This document shows positions 56,348-64,000 of a stretch of 64,000 bases of DNA, in pieces (position 1 is the stretch's first letter; every line of letters starts with the position of its first letter). Source of the stretch: Podarcis muralis. Taxonomy: Eukaryota. Location of the stretch: NCBI RefSeq assembly GCF_964188315.1, contig NC_135658.1, positions 3,472,001 through 3,536,000 on the forward strand, given 5' to 3'. Under the pieces are notes generated by a model that saw nothing but the letters and a program-made list of their open reading frames with translations, did not search any database and had not been told where the DNA came from. The position numbers and the translations under genes are program-made.

Positions 56348-57494
56348 TGATACGGAAGGAGGAAGGGGGGGGGCAACCATTTCCCTCCATCGCTACCTGA
56401 AGGGGCCCGAGGCGATGACCTCGACAGTGCCCAATCCTCCCTGGAACCCTCAGCCCCCACATCGTTGCACAAGCACCACACTATACCCCTGCCTTACTAA
56501 TAAAAGGCTCTTTCCTGTCTCAATCTCTTCCTATGCCTCCCTCTTGCCCTATTCCTAAAGCGAGTTGACCGTATCATACTACTTCCCCATTCAAAGTACT
56601 GAGCTGCGCCTTAGCCAATCACAGCCGTGCATTCATCCTGCAAGAACTAGCTCAGGCAGCTCAGCGAGCTCTTGCACGCCTCATTAAACCTGCTGACAAG
56701 CTACTGACGGCCCCCCGCAGCGAGAACAATGGAACCGAAGCTTCTGATCTCCTAATCCAATCAGGACCTTGCTACAATGTATCCGTTTTGCTCGTAAACC
56801 TGTCAAAACCTTGTTACAATGTATCTAACTTTGACCGAGGCTACGGAACAGGTTGGAAACCTTCAGAACCTTTCGAAAATCATATAAAATCAACCATAGC
56901 TCCGATTTCCTTGCTTTCGGTGTCATTCAACTCAGCTCCCTTTGGACTCCATGATGACACCCTGACCTCCATAATCCCTCAAGCGGCAGGGCACGTACAC
57001 AGGAACTTCTTAATCCTGTCAGATCGTCCTGCCTAACCCTTCCTCCGGGCAATACCAGGTGGCAGACGATGCATATCACTGTCCCTTTGTCCAGCCACCA
57101 CCGGTACTCAAGAAATGTTTACTTATGTATATCCCTCACTCTGCACATTTCCCCTCCCTTGTCTCAAATGCTAATCAGTGTAACCCCACCTCTCTGTAAA
57201 TATATTCATGACGTGTGTAAAATATTCATGATGTAATTTCTGAAACCCAACCTTCCCATAATGTATTCGTGACGTTTTCATGCACTGTATTCTGGGACGT
57301 GGAGGGAACTTTTAAAAGTCTATGTCACCCCATTCTCGGGGTTCAATCTCGTCTTGAACCTGTTGCGCAATAAACTCGGATCTCCGCATCTTGCTCCTGT
57401 TTCCGGCTGAGCTTATTTTCTCCGCTAGGACCCGCGGACTCAGTCCGACGCACCGGGTGGCTTGGAATTCCACACCCGGGATTTTTCCGTAACA
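56348..57494 (+). repeat. ERV2 3' LTR (1147 bp)
   Basis: Follows the PPT GAATGGGGGAC; copy of the 5' LTR. Confidence 0.97.
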
Positions 57495-59231
57495 ACGCAG
57501 ACAATCATTATTATCTCATATCAAAAATTGGGAGAGGGTCTCTTAGCACAGCCCTCCAGTGCACACTAGCGGCCAAAATTGTGGAACTTTCTGGACAAAA
57601 TGTATTTCCGAGGTTTGATGGCTCATGACACCACTTTGTTTTGGAGGAATAATAAAGCTTTTTTCCTGTGGGGACGCAGGGGGACGCATACCCCTAAACA
57701 TTTTGTGAATTTAACAGGAGAAGAAATTCACTGTATTTATTTTCCCAGATTTGAACTGTATTTATTTCCCCCGGTGGTGATTTCCTTGAGTCAAAATGAG
57801 AGTACCCTAAACACTTTATTTTAAGGAAAAAACCACTGAGTTATACCATAAAATCATGTATCAATGGAAATAAAATTTAATGAGGAATGTAATGCAATAA
57901 CTTTTATGAAGGATTATTTATTACAACAGCAGTCATAAAGAAGAAATGTGAAAACACAGGAAAAATGAGATATGCAGGTTAAATTGCCGTGTTGGCACTT
58001 TGCGATAAAATCAATGGGTTTGGGGTTGCAGTTTGGGGACTCGGTTCCTAAAAGGTTCGCCATCACTGCGCTAGAAGGAAAGGAAAGTGGGGGGGGCGTC
58101 CCCCAAAAAGCATCTCTGGAAATGTGGGGAAAGAAAGAAAAGGCGGAGGGGAGAGATGGGCACGCTGGGCTTGGCAAGGGTTAAAGGAACAGAGCTGCCT
58201 TCCTAGAGAGGCCAGGAAGCAAGGGGGGCAGGTCCTCCAGAGCCAAGGCCCCTCCCTCCCCAGTCCTTTCCTGCAAGGAGGGGGGGTGTTGCTTTGTGTC
58301 TCTCCTGCAAGGGCCGAATTGCTGCCCCCGCCTGGGATCTGGTGAGTCTCCTCTCTCTCTGGGATCTGGTGGGGGTCCCAGGGCTGCAGCAGAAGAGGGT
58401 GCCTGGGGGGCCTGATCTGCTCATGCAGGGGGGGGGGATCCCAAGTCAGGGAGGAGAGGGTCCTGCCAGGGAGGGGCCAGGTCTGCCACGCTCTCCTTCC
58501 TGGAGATCAGAGGATCCCAAACTCATCTGGCCCTCCGCCCCCCCCCTTCAGAAAAACAATGATTCTCCCACGAAATCTCATTTCTTTAATCAAAGGAGTC
58601 CGATTACACAATAAATGTTCAAATGGTTTTCCAAAGCTGGAGCAGGAGGTGGACACTATCCCCTCCTCCCCCAAAAAAGGTGGGAGAGAAAAGCCAGGAA
58701 TAAAGAGAGGGATCCCAGCCCATAATCTGGCTGCTGCATTGGGGACCAGTTTCCCAGTGTCTCCCAGGGCAGCTCCCCACGGAGGCCACTGCAGCAATCC
58801 CCTCGCACCCAGAGCAGGGCATCCCAGGACCACATCCTCTCTCTCCCAAAGGGATTGTTGATGGAAATGGGCGCTGCTACTCCCTGAGCCTCCAGGGTTA
58901 AGCTATCTAATTGAATAATAATAATAAATTACCTGCCTAAATTTCAAGGGAGATGTCTTTGGCCCCACCCACTTGGCCCTCAGGGGGTTGACCAGATGCA
59001 CACCTGGCCCTCTGGAGCAGAGAGTCCAAGTACAAGAAAAGGAGACAGAAGCAGGGGAGTGGGGTGGGGGGAGAGCAACTTCTGAGGACCCCCGGGTGAG
59101 GACCCCCACTAGAGCCAAACATCCATTATTCAAAAGATACAAATGTCAGTCAGTTCTGACTTCATGCATTGCCTCTGTTTCTCTGTTTTGAATCCTTGTT
59201 TTTTTCTCAGGGAAAGGGTCTTCTTGCAGAA

Positions 59232-61210
59232 ATGGACCTGGATTCCTGTGAGGCAGAGAGGCCTCCGTTGGACACCAGAGAGAGGCCACTGGGTAAGGAG
59301 GAAGGTGGCTTTTCTCCGTTTGGTCTTATTCTGTTGATTTTCCAACTCATCAGTGGGTTCTTTTCATCTTTTTTTGGGGGGGGGACTTTTGGGATCCAGG
59401 GCCCAGAGGAAAGGAGATGTATTTCTGCATAACTAACATATGAAATGGGCACAAACGTTGAAATGCTCTCAGCAGGTAAGCATTTCTCAAAGGCCCATCT
59501 GTAGTTAGAGATGCCCTGTTTCACCTGTGAGAGAAGCAGGCACTCCTGGCAACCTGATTACCTTTTCTCTCTTGCAGGTGACAGAATGATGCCGGCAAGA
59601 CCTCCTGATCCGCCTTTTCATGGGGGCAGAAGGGAAGCAGCGGCTATGGAACCAGATCAGGTCAGGGGAAGCTGCCTTGGGGGGACAGAGACTGGGGGAT
59701 GGAGCAATGTCATGGACTGGTTGGGCACAGAGGAATGGTGGGAGGAAACAGCCGGGGAACCAGGAAGGGAAGATGGCTCAGAGCCGAAGTAGTGGAGGTG
59801 GAGGAAGGATGAGCAGTCAGAGGGAGAAGAGGGAGAAGCCTGGGAAGAGGAGGCGTCAGAAGCTGGAATGGTAACAGGGCTTAGTGGGCTGGGAGACTCG
59901 GTGGCAGAATGCAGTGCAGAATCAGAGGCAGAAGAGGAAGGAGGCGAGTGGGAGAGGGAGGTCGAGAGGCAGAGGTGAGTCAGGAGAAGGGGGAGCCACT
60001 GGGGGCTCCCTCTCCTTCTGCCAGAAGCCACCCTCCCTGCTTGTCTCTCCGAGCCAGGAGACGTCTGACAATGGAGGAGCAAAGGCAGGCTGCACACTGG
60101 CACACTGTTCAATCACTTGCCAGAAACCCCAGAGAGGAGGGGACTTGGAAAGCTGTCGGGAGCCGGCGGCCTTCATTCTCTGCAACTGATTTCATTGAGG
60201 AAGATGCTCAGGGAATGAGCTGCTGTTCTCATTAGGTCTGAAACTCAGCCAAGTCTGCGAATATCGTGTTCTTGCTGATAAAGAGTTAACTCCAGCTGTG
60301 AACTGTGGGATTTCCTGCCCATTTAACTCTGCTATACCAGCCTTCTGAACGTCACCACTATGATTCATCAGTAGTTGCTGTTTTCATAGATTCCTAGAGT
60401 TGAAAGGGACCCCAAGGGTCATCAAGTCCAACCCCCCTCATTGCAGGAGTCTCGGCTAGATAATCCAAGACAGATGGCCATCCAAACTAGGCTTCTTGTA
60501 TTTCTATGTTGCTCATTGAATGCTAAAATTTCTAAGAAGTGTACAAATGAGAACAAATAGTGGCCAGCATTCACCTAACCAGCCCCATCAGCTGCAAAAT
60601 GGGGCCTGCCCCCCATCCCTCCCCCTCTCCACACCTCCCTGAACCTCTTGAATTTGGCTGTAGGGCATTGGGAGGGAACTCCCCAGAACAACTCACGAGG
60701 AGAGGAGAAAGTGGATCCTTTCATCAGGCAAACTGGAATGCTTGGAAGGATGGAAGGATGTCTCTTCTAAGGAGGGGGCTTCCAGTGAGCCCAGAAGCAG
60801 CCAAACTTCCATGGTCTTTCCTGCTCTCTAAATTGCTTTCCTTTCTAACTGCTGTGTTTTGTTCTTCACTGACCCTCAGGCAGGCTGCAGGCTGACTCTC
60901 TGAACTCTTGTTTGCAGTTTGCATTCCAAAGGGAGGGGGAGTTGACTCCCGTGTAACCCTCTCTCCCCCTGGCTGCTTCCTCCCCTGGGAGCTGGCTCAT
61001 TCATGTCACACACACAACCGAGTTTTCTGTAGCGGATCATATTTCTGCTGTCTCAGAAGAGGACTTTTCCCTTTTTCTTTCAGGGTCCAGTGTGCTTGGA
61101 AGATGCTGCTGTTCGTTTCACGGATGAGGAGTGGGCGTTGCTGGATCCTGACCAGAGAGCTCTGCATATGGACGTCAGGGAGGAGAATCGTGGGATTGTG
61201 GCCTCTCTTG
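59232..61210 (+). CDS. KRAB zinc-finger gene, unit C, 5' exons (59211-59292, 59578-59660, KRAB-A 61084-61210); ZF exon presumably beyond the window
   Basis: Near-identical to the unit B exons; splice sites intact. Confidence 0.75.
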
Positions 61211-62264
61211 GTAAGGCTCCCTGTGGAATCGTCCTGTCTGCCTGGAAATTCAAAAAATGCCTCTGTGATGAGCCTCATCTATTTTCACAGAGCTCAACAG
61301 TGTCCCCTATAACCCGTGGGATCCTAACACCCCCATCATCATCATCGTCATCGTCGTCATTTTTATTATTTATACCCCGCCTATCTGGCTGGGTATAATT
61401 TGCTGGGTTGAACAACAAATTACTATTCTTTCTGTGAACAGTCTTCCTCCAGTCCTGCCTTTTTATACCATGATCGGGCTGGGCTGGACTGCCCAGGCCA
61501 TCTTAAATGTCAGCTTCAGAGTTGTTGGGAAAGATAAGTAACCTCTGTCAGGTTTTCTGTTTTTGCTCCTGTCAATCTTGGGTTAACCAAAGAGACAGCT
61601 GGCATTGGGGATGGAGGGGATGCCATGACTAGGCCAAACAAAATCCATCCCAGAGAACAGGCAGGCTTTTCGAAACTCAGATAATAATAGTAATAATAGT
61701 GATAATAGTAATAATAGTAATAATAATTTGTTCATACCCTGCCCATCTGACTGGGTTTCCCCAGCCACTCTGGGCAGCTCCAAGCAGAAGATTACAACCA
61801 CGATGAAACATCAAATATTAAAATCTTCCCTAAACAGGGCTGGCTTCAGATGTCTTCTAAACGTCTGATAGTTGTTTATTTCATTAACATCTGATGGGAG
61901 GGCATTCCACAGGGCGGGCACCACTACCAAGAAAGCCCTCTGCCTGGTTCCCTGTAACCTCACTTCTCTCTGGCAGGGAACTACCAGAAGGCCCTCGGAG
62001 CTGGACCTCAGTGTCTGGGCTGAACGATGGGGGTGGAGACGCTTCTTCAGATATACTGGGCCAAGACCGTTTAGGGCTTTCAAGGTCGGCACCAACACTT
62101 TGAATTGTGCTCGGAAACGTACTGGGAGCCAGTGTAGGTCTTTCAGGTCTGGTGTTATTTGGTCTCAGCCTGCATACCAAATGGAGCTGGTAGACAGCTG
62201 CCCTAGACACTGAATTGACCTGCACCTCCATGGACAGCTGTGTGTCCAAAAAGGAAAAAGCGAG

Positions 62265-64000
62265 GGAGAGGGGGGAAAGAAAAGAAAAGAAAAGAAAAGA
62301 AAAGAAAAGAAAAAGGAATAAAAGTATGAATAGAGTAAAAAAACATAGTAATATCTCATATTTCAGTCAGCAAAGAAAAGAAACTTCCGACTATACCCAT
62401 TGTACTAATTTTCAAATAACCTGTTATTTACACAGTTACACAACGTTGTTTTTTGTTAACTTAATTTAACTTTATCTGACATGTACTTTGTATTACAAGG
62501 CTCCTTCAATATCTGCCAGAAAACTTTTACTATTCCAGTACCCTCTGAGGTATTCCTTAATTATTAACCAATCCTTATTTACTTCTTGTATTGTATTTCC
62601 TCTTATTGACCCCGTTCTCCTTGCTAATTGTAACTACTCTATCAATGTGGCTTGCCATTCAATCTTTGAGGGGATGATGTCGTGTTTCCTTTTTCTTCTA
62701 TTAAAATCCTTGCTGCAGTTGAGGCATACATGAATAATGGTCTGTATTTCTTGTGGATTTCTGGTGTCATAAGACCTAATAGGAACGCCTCAGGTTTTTT
62801 AGGGAATGAAATCTTAAACATTTTCTTTAACTCATTGCAGATGGTATCCCAAAAATCTTTAATCTTGTCACATTCCCACCACATATGCATGTAAGTTCCA
62901 TTTCTTTTTTTTCATCTCCAACATAAGTCTGACCTGTTCTTATATATTTTGGCTAGTGTTGCTGGTGTCAAGTGCTGTCTATATAACATTTTCAAAACAT
63001 TTTCTCTTAAGTTCATACATACAGTAAATTTGATGTCAACTCTCCACAGTTTTTCCCACTGACACATGTATATATTGTGGCCTAAATCTTGTGCCCAGCG
63101 AATCATAGATTCTTTCACTTTCTCCTCCTTTACCTCCCAATCCAGGAGGAGGTTGTACATTTTCGAAATATATTTGTTCTTGGATTGAAGGAGTCCTTTT
63201 TCAAATTTGGAAGTTTCATCTGCAAATCCTTTTTTTATTATCTAAACTAAATCTTTCGTTTAATTGGAAATATTGTAGTCAATCTGTTAAATAGGTTCTA
63301 ATTTTACCAAATTCTTTCAACTTTAGTTTGTTGTTATTTTCCTCCAGGATCATTCTGTACGTTGCCCAATCGCTTTGCATATTCTTTTTCTTAATGGCTA
63401 TGGCTTCCAATGGGGAGGTTCACCAGGGGGTTTTGGGTTCTAAGAGATCTTTATATTTGTTCCATATCTTATATAGTGATTTTCTTACAATATGATTCAA
63501 AAAACCCATGTGGACCTTCACCTTATCATATATCATATAAGCATGCCATCAAAAGTGATTGTCTAAGTCAACTAAATCTGTATCTTTAGAAACTATCCAC
63601 TCGTTGATCCATACTAGCCCAGCTGCAGCACGATACAATTCCAGATGCAGTAGAGCAAATCCTCCTCTCTGCTGTTGGTCTATTAAGATTTGATGTTTAA
63701 TTCTTGGTTTTTTGCCACTCCAAATAAATCTCGCAATGTCCCTTCTCAAGTTTTTAAAACAATTCATACCTCCCAAAATTGGGATAGTTTGAAACAGGAA
63801 CATCAGTTTTGGCAAGACACTTTGATAACAGAAATTTTACCCCAAAAGGAGAGGTGAAGCCTGCTCCAGATTTCCAGGTGCCTCTTGATCTCCTTCCATA
63901 ACTTTACATAATTATCTTGATATAGATGAATACATTTATTTGACAGCCAAATACCCAAGTATTTTACTTTTTTCCTTACCTCTAGTAAGTTCCCGTAACT
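62265..64000 (-). mobile_element. L1-clade LINE 3' portion, running off the window
   Basis: HMWWECDKIKDFW and LPKLMFLFQTIP ORF2 motifs on the minus strand. Confidence 0.85.

Larger units (their letters stand above)
46039..57494 (+). mobile_element. ERV2: complete class I (gamma/epsilon-like) provirus, LTR-PBS-gag-pro-pol-env-PPT-LTR, 11,456 bp
   Basis: 4-bp TSD ACGC; LTRs identical except one G in a homopolymer, by eye; empty sites in paralogs at about 5685 and 29960; YVDD RT motif. Confidence 0.98.

Overview
Eukaryotic DNA, most likely a squamate reptile (inferred from the L2, CR1, L1 and SINE content and the SCAN-KRAB zinc-finger exon structure). The window is a tandem cluster of three paralogous KRAB zinc-finger (KZFP) units on the + strand. 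Unit A is SCAN-KRAB with 18 C2H2 fingers. Unit B is KRAB with 16 fingers, lacks SCAN, and has a tandemly duplicated KRAB-A exon. Unit C is B-like and is cut off by the window end. Four LTR elements have invaded the cluster: two related class I (gamma/epsilon-like) endogenous retroviruses (ERV1, 3' half only, 1-5385; ERV2, complete, 46039-57494, near-identical 1.15-kb LTRs and a 4-bp TSD) and two minus-strand Ty3/Gypsy elements with tRNA-Ser primer sites. LINE fragments, SINEs and a Tc1/mariner-type MITE fill the rest. The most unusual signals are in the ERV family: a plant-virus-type UGA-CAA-UUA readthrough context at the gag/pro junction; dense TGACAG arrays between pol and env in both proviruses; a variable tandem peptide repeat at the integrase C-terminus; a conserved stem-loop before the PPT; a 155-codon open frame in U3; and two independent insertions about 310 bp apart in equivalent paralogous sequence upstream of KZFP genes. 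No database searches were run, so family assignments rest on motif recognition and internal comparisons made by eye.
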